The notes beneath the pieces are model-generated. The model ran no database searches, had not been told where the DNA came from, and saw nothing but the letters and a program-made list of their open reading frames with translations. Both the position numbers and the translations under genes were made by a program. Source: an uncultured Porphyromonadaceae bacterium (GTDB lineage Bacteria; Bacteroidota; Bacteroidia; Bacteroidales; Muribaculaceae). Taken from it: a stretch of DNA of 64,000 nt. The stretch's first letter is position 1; the number at the start of each line of letters is the position of its first letter. Positions 49,401 to 57,302 of the stretch are shown here, in pieces. Where the stretch lies: the NCBI GenBank assembly GCA_947178165.1, contig CAMWXH010000001.1, positions 44,266-108,265 on the forward strand. The letters are read 5' to 3'.

Positions 49401-50335
49401 GTCCAGCCGCTCAGTGTGCAATTGTCAAGAACAAGATTATAAATAGCCACTCCGTTTCCGCCGTTTCTGATTAATCCAACTTTATGTTGGTTGCGCGACA
49501 TATCCAGGTTCTTGATGGCATAGCCCCTTCCGTCAATAATGCCGGTAAAGGGGGTATTGTCATCATTTCCTAACATTGGAACATCATTGATGCCGGAAAA
49601 ATCCAGATCGCAGGTCAGTTCAATGTGTCCCTTTCCTCCGTCGGCATTGATAGCGTTAACGGCATCAACATATTCATTGGTGGATGAGACGATATATTTC
49701 GGTGCGGGTTGAGGCACATCTTTAGTTCCGGGACTCATATAGATTCCGCCATAAAACCCGTAGTCGGAAATCTGAATATATCCGCGATCGTAGGGGAAGT
49801 CGAGGAGGTCGTAGGCTTTCCCGTTTGAATTGGATTCATGGATCACGCGGCCCCCCGTGTTGTAATCATACCAGTGAGAGAATGTCTCGAGATAATCACG
49901 CGTGGAAAGGAAATTATCTCCCGTGGGCTCTTTATATTCCTCCAGACCGTAATATGGGTAGAGCGACACGGCATCGCCGGGCAGTGCATATATGATATGC
50001 TCCACCACGTGGGTCTGCTGACGTTTCTGACCCGGATTGAGTTTCCCTCCCTCGATGAACTCAAAATCAGGGAAGCTGATACCCATGTCGCGAAGTGTCT
50101 GTATTTCATTAGCCGTAGGAAATTCCCAGTTGTCAGGATCCTGCCTATCTTTATCAATCCAGGGGATTCGATTCGGGTTCAGATCCTTCATGCCTCGCGT
50201 ATTCACGAACTCATAGTCCTTGAGATTCTTCAGATATTCATCGGGCAGATTATCCGGTTCCTCCCCGGCAGCTCTTGCTGAGAAGAGGCTTAAAGCGGAG
50301 GTGAAGAGGATGCCATATAGGATTTCGGTTTTCAT
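43454..50335 (-). CDS. Giant (2,293 aa) secreted surface protein in the Mfa5 position of a pilus operon, with a GLUG/beta-helix-like N-terminal region and a T9SS-like C-terminal tail
   Basis: Sec signal peptide, then FTGIIDGRGYAIKNLDM...KVGLI...HVGLVAY...FVGAILG, a GLUG-type repeat pattern. The C-terminal roughly 70 aa (VCDTLGRITH...GVSIVKM...RTVKLSI) resemble a T9SS CTD. The ORF is one uninterrupted 6.9 kb. Confidence 0.8.
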   Translation of the reverse strand: MKTEILYGILFTSALSLFSARAAGEEPDNLPDEYLKNLKDYEFVNTRGMKDLNPNRIPWIDKDRQDPDNWEFPTANEIQTLRDMGISFPDFEFIEGGKLNPGQKRQQTHVVEHIIYALPGDAVSLYPYYGLEEYKEPTGDNFLSTRDYLETFSHWYDYNTGGRVIHESNSNGKAYDLLDFPYDRGYIQISDYGFYGGIYMSPGTKDVPQPAPKYIVSSTNEYVDAVNAINADGGKGHIELTCDLDFSGINDVPMLGNDDNTPFTGIIDGRGYAIKNLDMSRNQHKVGLIRNGGNGVAIYNLVLDNCTLSGWTHVGLVAYLTGGGLTAKNIKINSNCTIKGTGSEGEHFVGAILGRCDNESSDNHLTVENVYVGGTVGNPDLGMRFNTALCGWLHTRMSATPSYFKNIVVDCSLTGHEPLKRETYVRHSLGNEPYEDATGGWIEQGKFDNSDVTWTLNFKNCYGNFNQIGDYTDPIWKPFATLPDMAGWFELIDTENPNLGGELLLTGFHRPWHGEGEDCEEQRRRKAGTSAVFYFPENLKGEWDETHEYVIAADFSQTFYPDENHIKVDERKVMEPLIAFRHIFRIRDARQQTEELQDANSDYARKNQHRVTAMAGTNFQIRLDSPLPTGWGTSGGVTNYYFKNNATGKYDRIRQFGIRVLNGDTREELPGEQGFVFGSDIRMRRSKPSAAGEYAEPENQFRYHSMLRKDNPGEGRYIVQVLAKDNNGNIITTSTGPMILMQYDIRFVGSSSASLLTDAELYDTDPSNKNNNRYRHARDEYLKEKYGDTQFKIDFDNYFEINKLTDETLKNKFISYSVPAFDIADQWYKDENKLNLVVWDHNSTNHLTSASKMQHAFYKWPIAWERSTYGFGYNYRYNYNMYMLATHSTNVPYHASADNWNANNEGDGIGLYDRLYYKTKRMREANPDKKIRQEQGYFYYVNAASDPGVSARINVDLPCAGSRVIVSAWVAEMTKGDANDDYEAANISFNFVAVMNETNERVVLHNFITGNIPGDKLGKWCNVYYSFIPRMSEYFNDTKTFKDVDHFELELAHNGESSVGADYAIDDIRAYVLPPAADASHDGFACDDVPLDLTIQASFETLLEKLGQAEGYGTADKKIDLYYAFVDKEKFEETGSMNDATIGKVKFSNNFTKNDSYTDNGGNRLGNIAKETAYRMTNESGDRMIVFETVADAGKLKIGKEYYVVFKSRLDDGDNSVGILPDSYDATTFFDLGEECSYNCVLTVTPALEVKIDGVIQPEFNELEACENQMPVIQLNVWSTDKEPVEVMKNAYFDWFDGSINDFENYRFKDYPESLEVADDYTEDDDAHYLQTALNLFRARYPEAESVAGIKAETEKGDDDMMLEQWMLDIIDVASSPAANGLPKLVLHQASFVVPPVSRNEGEAATKARFVAIPIIDLLWENAPGETAGGKSVQVCKSPTEIGISVGDHTPVILHGLSDPALNYPAELYDVPLRLGLNQIYKNSEVTSAASELRKIDIPLRAVSSSDGKPKEFSLVNEETIINNEKVKRTGCILLAQTNDPEYRNLGTLDDSKEETEHLLWVGEIVEFNAYSSGNGAATSGERKHFTADFDRNFKFKEGYFYRFRYQFEENNDEEIDADDETICNGHDIFTTKVVPQYLKWNGDKNLSWDNDDNWMRVTSSEILKPDASADDYRFTDGGNANGRGFAPLDFTRVVIDRPDVTRDAEGNFIGADGENPWLYAPATDNVEMTDEYNAAVKNKWTSNPDGAEKPAEKIGGPTSLIQYDMTARESQWDEERLLCRPWQANRCKEIHFLPGATIMNQQVLNYEKAWVDVELDHSRWYILSTPLQDAYAGDFYLPTEKARQETEMFREITFDTAKNDRFAPAVYQRGWDKSTANVYEFGTNDARNVAVKTFWSRVYNDATEDYGNGKAFSIKTDVSNANNAGDKVIFRLPKGDETYFYYKQDGTTDNKETAALNRENSHRLNVSNGTMTVTTANEGKYFLVGNPFMTYMDIKGFLSRNQDKLEQKYWVVTKDGQIAGSLSGENNFIASPYPESDSPEDATAIAPMQGFFVESKKAATSLDLEYDETMMRRDHKDGSILTQGTRSGDEPAYLRITSISEGRACSTAILVPGSDNVPEECVDAIDNRDLDILSTVFTAKGGHARSINFCTDSEGVEIGLIADEGTASILRFEGTEAFGDLYLYDASDDSMTPLEEVTEIEVTGAVGGRFYLTAGKSDSIVTETLKWSLAGNILNVTDCACTGELRVTVCDTLGRITHNAGGSDSLSLSLDEGVSIVKMRNANEERTVKLSI

Positions 50336-50351
50336 ATATCTTGTGGTATGA

Positions 50352-51785
50352 TTAGTTTCTGATGATATAAATTTTTCGGGTGTAACTGTCGGTGTTCATT
50401 GCGCCGGTTTCGTAGTGAGGGCGGTCATAAACCTTCACCGTGAATTCCAAAGAAGCTTTTCCCTCCTTTTCATTCAGTGTGCCAGTCACTTCGTTGGGCA
50501 GAGAGGCCGAAGTGGAGGTGAGAGTGGGCTGTTTTGAGAAAATGTCAGTCCCGGTCACATTGGATATTGCAATAGTGTAATATATGGGTGCGAGATGCAT
50601 TCCTGTCTGTTTGTCGGTAACAGTAGCGGCGATCTCGAAATCGCCCGGCGTGCCGAAAGTGAATATCTGGGCGCCCTCCGGATCTGTTGAGGAGGTCATT
50701 GCCGGGTAACCGCCGATAGGGGGATAGAAAAGAGCTTCCACATTCACATCGTAGCGTGAGATCCTGACGGGAATGACTATCCAGTCGTTTCGGTTGATAT
50801 AGGAGAGTATATCGCGCGTGATATTATGTTGTTCATAATCGCTCACCTCATTTTGGCCGTTTACTTCATTTTTGTGTGCATGGCTCACTTTCAATCCGAT
50901 TGTGAAAGCGCCGTCATTGGCACGATCGGAAAGCGATTCCTGCATAAAAAAGCTTTTGTTCAGTTTCTTGCCTGCACCTACAGTGTTGCCAGATGAGAGA
51001 GTGAAGGTTTGGTTTGCGTAAGTCGCATTTGTAAGGGGAGAGAAAGCAGAAAGTCCCAGGTGGGAGTAGGCTATGCCTGATTCTCCTCGTGGAAAAAGGG
51101 AGACTCCATTGGAGGTGACAGGATCAATGCTTACGCTTTGCACCGTCACATCTTCATCCCCTGCATTTTCAAATTGAAATTCCATTTTGGCCACCATTCT
51201 GACAACTTCAATTGTGAAAGACTCCTCAATGCTGTTCTTAACCTTGACACCTTTCAGGAAGCCAGACATCGGTATAGGCTGGGTGGCATCCCAATTGTTT
51301 AGGGAGTTTTTCCATTGGGCCGCTTCCACGCTATTGACAGATACCTTGGCACCCTTTTTGAATTCAATGCCGGTTTCAGATTTCAAAGTCGCTTCATTGA
51401 TATTGGCGAAGGCATATATGTTGTAGGTTCCCGAAGGGATGATGCATTTGAAACTTTCCAATTCCACAGCCGCGGTTAGTTCCGAACTGCGGTTCACCAC
51501 CCCTGCCACCGTTCCGTTTTTATCCACGAAAGCGATCCACCAGGAATTTATCTTCTCATTATTGCCGGCAGGGTCGGCGGTGTGGCCGTCGCCTGTGCTT
51601 TCGCCGGCCGTCATCGGGTCGCTGCGGAGGGTTTCGATAGAGATTCCGATCTCTGTGGGAATGCCATCCGTGAAGTTGGAATCATCCGTGAGAGGATTCT
51701 CATTAGAACAACCGCAGAACACCAGGGTGCCTGCGGATAATAGACAGGTCGTCAAGACCGGTGATATATAATTTTTGAAAATCAT
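50352..51785 (-). CDS. Fimbrial accessory lipoprotein (Mfa3/Mfa4-position)
   Basis: Lipobox LVFCGC. 477 aa. The call rests on operon position between the pilin genes and the giant gene; no strong motif was recognised. Confidence 0.5.
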   Translation of the reverse strand: MIFKNYISPVLTTCLLSAGTLVFCGCSNENPLTDDSNFTDGIPTEIGISIETLRSDPMTAGESTGDGHTADPAGNNEKINSWWIAFVDKNGTVAGVVNRSSELTAAVELESFKCIIPSGTYNIYAFANINEATLKSETGIEFKKGAKVSVNSVEAAQWKNSLNNWDATQPIPMSGFLKGVKVKNSIEESFTIEVVRMVAKMEFQFENAGDEDVTVQSVSIDPVTSNGVSLFPRGESGIAYSHLGLSAFSPLTNATYANQTFTLSSGNTVGAGKKLNKSFFMQESLSDRANDGAFTIGLKVSHAHKNEVNGQNEVSDYEQHNITRDILSYINRNDWIVIPVRISRYDVNVEALFYPPIGGYPAMTSSTDPEGAQIFTFGTPGDFEIAATVTDKQTGMHLAPIYYTIAISNVTGTDIFSKQPTLTSTSASLPNEVTGTLNEKEGKASLEFTVKVYDRPHYETGAMNTDSYTRKIYIIRN

Positions 51786-51819
51786 ATCAAGAGTGTTAAG
51801 ATTGAGCAGGATTTATAGT

Positions 51820-53565
51820 TTAAAATGTGAGAGGATTTTTCTCTTCGCGCTTATTCCATTTCCTCACGAATATGCGGCTTGTCATCGTGTCGGGTTCACG
51901 CATTGTCGGAGTGGGGTGGCCCGGGCCTGAGAAACTTATCGCTACACGATATATGTTGTTTCTCACTATTGCATATTCCATGGGATAGTCTTGCTGCGGG
52001 TCGGCATTGTCAAGGTTGAAATGGCGGAGCCAGAGATTGTAATAGCATGCGCCGCCATCAAATTTGGTGATGCTGGCATTATCCTGCGGATGAGCGGAAG
52101 AATATTGCGAAGCCTCCGACTCCGACGCGAAATAGAGGGCTTCGGAATCCCTGTTGGAGTCATTTTCACCTGTCGAAGGGATATATCGCCAGAAAGTCTT
52201 GTCGGCCATGGCTTTCCAGTCGGCATCAGATTTTGTGGACTTTGTCAGTTCCTTTGTGGCATTATTCCAGTTGCTCCAGACTGTGGGCTGATACACGCCG
52301 CGCAGAGCTATGCCGGTGATGAATTTAGAGTTGTAGCAATCCGGGCTCTGGATATTCTCATTGGCGTATGAAATGATGGTCATGCGGTCGCAATTGTCGA
52401 AATCCGTTTCCGGAGCCGGGAGCGCAGTGGAGAAATAACCGGCGAAAACACCCTTTGCCGCATTGCTTATGTCATTATTAACCGTTGCAACAGCTGTGGA
52501 GCCATACCATTCAGCCGGCACTGAAGTTGTTCCCGGCTTCGAGAGGGTGCGGGGTTCAATCACATAATTTGAGGGGATTAAAGTGGTGGCATCTACCTGC
52601 TCTGCGCCTCCCCAGGTTATTTTTCCCAACCCCGATTCATTCCAGCTTGCGGGAATTGCGCCGGTCACTTTGGTGAGGAGGTAGGAAGTTTTCTGCATCA
52701 CGTTCACCGGAAGGATATTGGTGATATGCACCTTGTTGCCTGATGAGGGAACGTTATAAAGCAACTCATCTTTGGCGAAGTTTTCCGCTTTATACATCAA
52801 GTCTATACGTGCGCACATACGCTGCACGGTGGTTTCTCCTATCCATTTCTTGCCGGCCCATGGATTTCCGGGGAGGGCATCAGGCTTAGTGTTAATCACG
52901 AGACGGTTGCTTCCTACAGAGCGTGCAACCCCGTCAATGAGTATTTTCCCATTGCTGTTGGCATCGTAGGCGGTGGTCATAATGAATTTCTCGCAATTTG
53001 ATGCATCTGCGTTTCCGGCTGAAACCCAGGCAGCGCTGAGATTGAAATAACTGCGTAGGTCGTCAAGATTATTTATCCCTGCTGAGATGTCTCTGCCGGC
53101 ATTCAGCACCGTTATGAAACTCACATCCGTTGCGCTAAGAATCCCCTGATTCCCTAAATCCGTATCGGCTGTCTTGATTTTTATGGTCAGTTTCTTCTCA
53201 AAAGGAAGACCCTCTTCCAATGTTGCGAGCCGGTCAAGATTGCTTACATACACATTCGTCACTTCAGGGTTTTCCACGGGATTAAGACCTGATCCTTTGA
53301 AGAAAAAAACGTTGGCGTCAAACACCCTGTTCTCATTCTGCAATCCCTTTTCGCGGCCATTTCCATCCTCGCCGCCTATGGGGTTGGCTCGGGTGATTGT
53401 TTCGGAATCAGCCATAGGCACGCGGAGCACTATGGTTATCTCTCCCTCCCGGGTGGCATCGTTCTCCTCCGGAACAGGAAGCGAGTCAGAACATGCCCCC
53501 ATTGCCATCATCATCGAGGGTAGGATAAGGAGACGGAATGTATGTAAGAGGTTAGTTGTTTTCAT
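51820..53565 (-). CDS. Mfa1-family pilin-like lipoprotein (second pilin)
   Basis: Lipobox AMGAC and the C-terminal motif AIVRNNIYRVAISF, similar to P. gingivalis Mfa1 VVRNNIYHIHIKSI. Confidence 0.65.
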   Translation of the reverse strand: MKTTNLLHTFRLLILPSMMMAMGACSDSLPVPEENDATREGEITIVLRVPMADSETITRANPIGGEDGNGREKGLQNENRVFDANVFFFKGSGLNPVENPEVTNVYVSNLDRLATLEEGLPFEKKLTIKIKTADTDLGNQGILSATDVSFITVLNAGRDISAGINNLDDLRSYFNLSAAWVSAGNADASNCEKFIMTTAYDANSNGKILIDGVARSVGSNRLVINTKPDALPGNPWAGKKWIGETTVQRMCARIDLMYKAENFAKDELLYNVPSSGNKVHITNILPVNVMQKTSYLLTKVTGAIPASWNESGLGKITWGGAEQVDATTLIPSNYVIEPRTLSKPGTTSVPAEWYGSTAVATVNNDISNAAKGVFAGYFSTALPAPETDFDNCDRMTIISYANENIQSPDCYNSKFITGIALRGVYQPTVWSNWNNATKELTKSTKSDADWKAMADKTFWRYIPSTGENDSNRDSEALYFASESEASQYSSAHPQDNASITKFDGGACYYNLWLRHFNLDNADPQQDYPMEYAIVRNNIYRVAISFSGPGHPTPTMREPDTMTSRIFVRKWNKREEKNPLTF

Positions 53566-53570
53566 GAAGG

Positions 53571-54734
53571 TTAAATATTAATGTTCTGAATTCTTTTGCT
53601 CCATGAAAGGACATGGAGTTCAACCATTATCCAGTCGTCGTCTTTCAGGTATATATCGAGATTATAATCATGCTCCCGGTCGAGATATTCTTGCAATCCG
53701 TAGTTCTTCAATGGATATGCCTGTCGTCCTTGCGAGAGGATTGCGGGGAGGTTGATACGGCTCACCATCTTCCCGTTCTGCCGGTTATAAATCTCCAGCA
53801 TCGCGTTGTCTTGGCTATCATCGGGATTTATGATCAGACGGTTGAACATTATGTCATATTCAGCTTTAGGATCCACGCTATTGTCGGTTTCAGCCCTGGA
53901 AGGGCGGAAGGTGTATGGGATGTATCGCAAAGAATCATGGGTGAGCACACTGTTGTCGTGTGAAAAATGCGCATTGTTGTCGATTATCATCACATCGTAG
54001 GCATCCGACAAGACATATTCGGGAGTGCCGACATGACGCAATGTGAGGTTAAGGTGTTTGGTGTTTCTTATGAGTGAGATTGTTGCGTAGGTGGCATGTT
54101 CATCTTTCACTTCTGCCATCTGTTCTTCAAGCGGATAGATGGAATAGGGTGCGGAGGTTGGTTCCGGTGCGGGGACAATCACGCCGTCGCGTGGTGTTCC
54201 GGGATTCACCTTAAGAGTATGCCAGAGGGTATCGAGTGGTGCTGAGGCATCCACGGCGAATTGGTTGGTGCCGGGTATGGGTTCGCTATCATGGTCGAGA
54301 GATATCATCATATTCTCGGAATTGTCAGTGGGGGAGGCTGTATGGCGATATTTGGCACCTCCGAAAGAGAGGGCTTCATCCCAGTCGCGCTGCATGCCTA
54401 CGGCCTGAAGTCGGTAGCGATGGCCGGCGGGTAGTTCAGACTGGCTGAAATGTATGTTGTAGCCATACTGCTTGAGAGGGGAGTCGTCCGGGGTGTTGCT
54501 TACGCTTCGTTGCGCCGCGAGATTACCCTTTTCATCGAACACATAGAGCTGGATATGCCCGACGTGATCCTGAAATAGATCCTGACCGGCAGTATTGTAA
54601 TCATATACAAAGCGTACATAAAGCCCTTCCGGACATCCTTCACGGTCTTCGTAAATCAACGAGCATGAACCGAGGGTGATTGCCGTCAGAGAGCAGATAA
54701 GAGAGGTTGCAATATTTGAGAGAGTAAGTCTCAT
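53571..54734 (-). CDS. FimB/Mfa2-family fimbrial anchor/terminator-like lipoprotein
   Basis: Lipobox TLGSC. 387 aa. The C-terminus MVELHVLSWSKRIQNINI parallels the pilin C-terminal strand motif, and the gene sits second in the operon as mfa2 does. Confidence 0.6.
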   Translation of the reverse strand: MRLTLSNIATSLICSLTAITLGSCSLIYEDREGCPEGLYVRFVYDYNTAGQDLFQDHVGHIQLYVFDEKGNLAAQRSVSNTPDDSPLKQYGYNIHFSQSELPAGHRYRLQAVGMQRDWDEALSFGGAKYRHTASPTDNSENMMISLDHDSEPIPGTNQFAVDASAPLDTLWHTLKVNPGTPRDGVIVPAPEPTSAPYSIYPLEEQMAEVKDEHATYATISLIRNTKHLNLTLRHVGTPEYVLSDAYDVMIIDNNAHFSHDNSVLTHDSLRYIPYTFRPSRAETDNSVDPKAEYDIMFNRLIINPDDSQDNAMLEIYNRQNGKMVSRINLPAILSQGRQAYPLKNYGLQEYLDREHDYNLDIYLKDDDWIMVELHVLSWSKRIQNINI

Positions 54735-54820
54735 CGTGTCAAATTTTTTGAGTCAAGGAGCCCGTGTTAATTGAAAAGGGGGAAGAGGCGTGCCGGAAGA
54801 GCAAACCTCTTCCCATGCCA

Positions 54821-56851
54821 TTAGAAATCAATACCCTGCAAACGTTTAGCCCACGACATGATGTGGATTTCGACAGCGAGGAATTTGGTATCCTCTATGT
54901 TGTCGTCAGAAAGTTCTACATTCACATCAGGGATTGTGGTGCTTCCAAGTCCGGAGATGGTGTTGATTGCGAGTTCATACCAGTTGTTGCGAACCACGCC
55001 GTGACGTCCGAGATAATTTTTATAGGTTGTTTCAGATCTCGGGTTGGGATATACTTCCCCTGTGGTGGTTCCCTTGATATCCCTCTCTTTCCAGGGGGTG
55101 TAAAATTCTCCGAAGTGCTCGATTGGAATTGCATAGTAGGAGACACAATCGGAGTAGCGTCTCACGTCGCTGAGGGCATTTATATTGCCGATAAGATTAT
55201 AGAGTTGTGATGCCGTGTTATCGGCTGTTCCGAGTTCCGCTTCAAATTTGTTTTGGTCAAATGTGGCAGTATCCTTTATTTTGATGTTGCTGATAAGCAC
55301 CTCGTCATCATCAAGTTGCCATTCAATATCAAGACTGTTCTTCATATTGATTGTAGCCGGTTTCGGCACCCCGTTCTTCACGCTGTTTTCGAGAGCCTGC
55401 TTGATGAGTTCACTGTTATATACACGAGCGATTGCGTCGGCACATGCCTCATCTCTCTTCAAGTATATTTTTTGTTTGTTTCCATCCTTGATATATAGAT
55501 GAGTCACCTTGTTGTTATCGGCATCTGTGATGTTGTAGGTCACTTTGAACACCGCCATGGTGGAGTTCTTGTAATTCATGTTGGGCACGGTCAATGTGTT
55601 CTCCTTACAATAGAAAGTCTTGCTTGCTAAAGCGAAGAAAGCATTGTCGAAAGGAGCAGAGTCGTCATAGTCGAAACCTGTTGCTCCGGGATTTAGGATA
55701 TACTTATCCGGATTCAATGCGGAATTTACCACACCGTTCATTTCAGTGTAATAATTTGGATCCACACACCAGTAAGTTCTCACGAGGTTCTGATCCTGGT
55801 CGTGGAAAGGGGAGTTGAGTTTGTTTATGGGTTTGGTGCCGACCATACGGACCTCTTTCTCATTTCCATCCTTATCGGTGGCCTTGTAATCCCATCCGAA
55901 GAAACCGTTGGTTGCGGAATTAGGTTTAAATTCCACGTTGCGTATCAGATAGCTTGACTTGTTGGTGTTAGTGAGCGCATATTCCACCTGGGCGGTTACT
56001 TTAACGGCACTCTTTCCATTGTCGTCAACTATCTCTTCGCCATCTCCATTAACGAAAGTGAGTTTAAGGTTTTTATTGTCGAAGGGCTGACTTGTGACTT
56101 TTGCCACACCGCGTTCCACGTAAACACATCCTGCCACGTTCTGCTTTGCCTCGTCGGCTGTAGGCTTTACGTTATTTGACAGCTTGGTCATGTACTGGAC
56201 AGTTTTCGTTGTTGGGTTGTAAAGCGGTGCATTGGTCATGAAAATGTGAGTCTCTTCACCAGTCTTATCTTTTGCAAAGAAGGCTTTGTCGGTTGTTAGA
56301 TTAAGGAAATCGCTGAACTTCCCGACATTGTCTTCCTGATCGAATGTTTTGTCGCCAATCGTGATCTCGGTTGCCATTGCATTGGATGTTGAGGGCACCT
56401 TGACAAAATCTTTGTTCCTGTTGAGCATCACCAATGCATAGAATACATCAGTTGATTCCTCACCCGGATCAACTTCCACCGGAATTGCGGCAAAATAGGA
56501 AGCAGAGATCTGGGAGCCATGGAGGTTTGAGAAGAAAGGCTTCGTGAGTTCCTTGGCTTTATAGAAAGTTGCGTCCTCCTCTTTTCCTCCTGTGGTTCCT
56601 TTGAAAAGAAGGATGAGGGCGTTGTCATCTTCCACTCGGTATTCGTTTGGAGTGCCATCGTCAAACTGGTCATTCTCTGCACGTGTTCCTCCTTCCTGTG
56701 GAAGTTCAATCTGTACGCCGAGATATCCCACTGCCGGTACGCCTTGTCCGGCTTCGGCTTGCTGATTCTCTTGGGGAATCAGATCATTGTCTGAGCATGC
56801 GCCAAGCATTGTTAGCGCCATTGCTCCATAGAGCCATTTGTAAAGCTTCAT
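54821..56851 (-). CDS. Mfa1-family major fimbrial subunit-like lipoprotein
   Basis: I trimmed the start to MKLYKWLYGAMALTMLGAC (lipobox). VVRNNWYELAINTISGLG and the C-terminal AVEIHIMSWAKRLQGIDF parallel Mfa1 VVRNNIYHIHIKSIKKLG and VEVTVLPWKVHSYEVDL. Confidence 0.7.
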   Translation of the reverse strand: MKLYKWLYGAMALTMLGACSDNDLIPQENQQAEAGQGVPAVGYLGVQIELPQEGGTRAENDQFDDGTPNEYRVEDDNALILLFKGTTGGKEEDATFYKAKELTKPFFSNLHGSQISASYFAAIPVEVDPGEESTDVFYALVMLNRNKDFVKVPSTSNAMATEITIGDKTFDQEDNVGKFSDFLNLTTDKAFFAKDKTGEETHIFMTNAPLYNPTTKTVQYMTKLSNNVKPTADEAKQNVAGCVYVERGVAKVTSQPFDNKNLKLTFVNGDGEEIVDDNGKSAVKVTAQVEYALTNTNKSSYLIRNVEFKPNSATNGFFGWDYKATDKDGNEKEVRMVGTKPINKLNSPFHDQDQNLVRTYWCVDPNYYTEMNGVVNSALNPDKYILNPGATGFDYDDSAPFDNAFFALASKTFYCKENTLTVPNMNYKNSTMAVFKVTYNITDADNNKVTHLYIKDGNKQKIYLKRDEACADAIARVYNSELIKQALENSVKNGVPKPATINMKNSLDIEWQLDDDEVLISNIKIKDTATFDQNKFEAELGTADNTASQLYNLIGNINALSDVRRYSDCVSYYAIPIEHFGEFYTPWKERDIKGTTTGEVYPNPRSETTYKNYLGRHGVVRNNWYELAINTISGLGSTTIPDVNVELSDDNIEDTKFLAVEIHIMSWAKRLQGIDF

Positions 56852-56976
56852 GCTAAATGTTTTTGATTTATAGATTATAGATAAATTATTAGTCGGATTT
56901 ACTTGTAGTGAAAAAATAGATTCGCACCTCTGATAAAAGAAGATTCGCACTCCGGCGGAGTTTTAATTCTTGGTCG

Positions 56977-56984
56977 CAAAAATA
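56977..56984 (-). promoter_or_regulatory. -7 box TAttTTTG facing the pilus operon
   Basis: caaaaata on the plus strand, about 126 nt upstream of the ATG at 56851 and directly abutting the left inverted repeat at 56985. Confidence 0.45.
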
Positions 56985-57173
56985 GTGTCGGAAAAATGAA
57001 AGCAGTATAATATCGGGGGGATGTATTATAAAAAATTGAGCAGTGTAGCAAAACTCCACGACAATGTTTGAAAATTATACAAATCGGGAATTTCAGTCTT
57101 AAAAAGCCATTGATTATGTGAAAAATAGGGGAATTGTAGAGAAAAACGACATAGTTGTTCAGTTTTCCGACAC
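56985..57173. repeat. 16-bp inverted repeats (15/16 match) bracketing a 157-bp segment between divergent promoters
   Basis: gtgtcggaaaaatgaa (56985-57000) compared with the reverse complement of ttcagttttccgacac (57158-57173). Confidence 0.8.
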
Positions 57174-57221
57174 AGTAAGGAGAACGCAACAAAATTTATA
57201 TCTCCCAATCAAAGGCTCCCT

Positions 57222-57229
57222 TAATTTTG
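57222..57229 (+). promoter_or_regulatory. -7 box TAatTTTG for the GH32 gene
   Basis: taattttg lies 74 nt upstream of the ATG at 57303. Confidence 0.45.
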
Positions 57230-57302
57230 CCGTCAAATGTTAACGCAGTTTCGGATGCTTTTAGCAATGCAGAGGTGTCACGATTCAAAAAACTAATATC
57301 AA

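Noticed and set aside
43454-50335. A vWA/MIDAS domain in the giant protein, as expected from the Mfa5 analogy
   Set aside because: Scanning the translation for a DxSxS motif in a Rossmann-like context found nothing convincing. I am not claiming the domain is absent, and an HMM check is needed.
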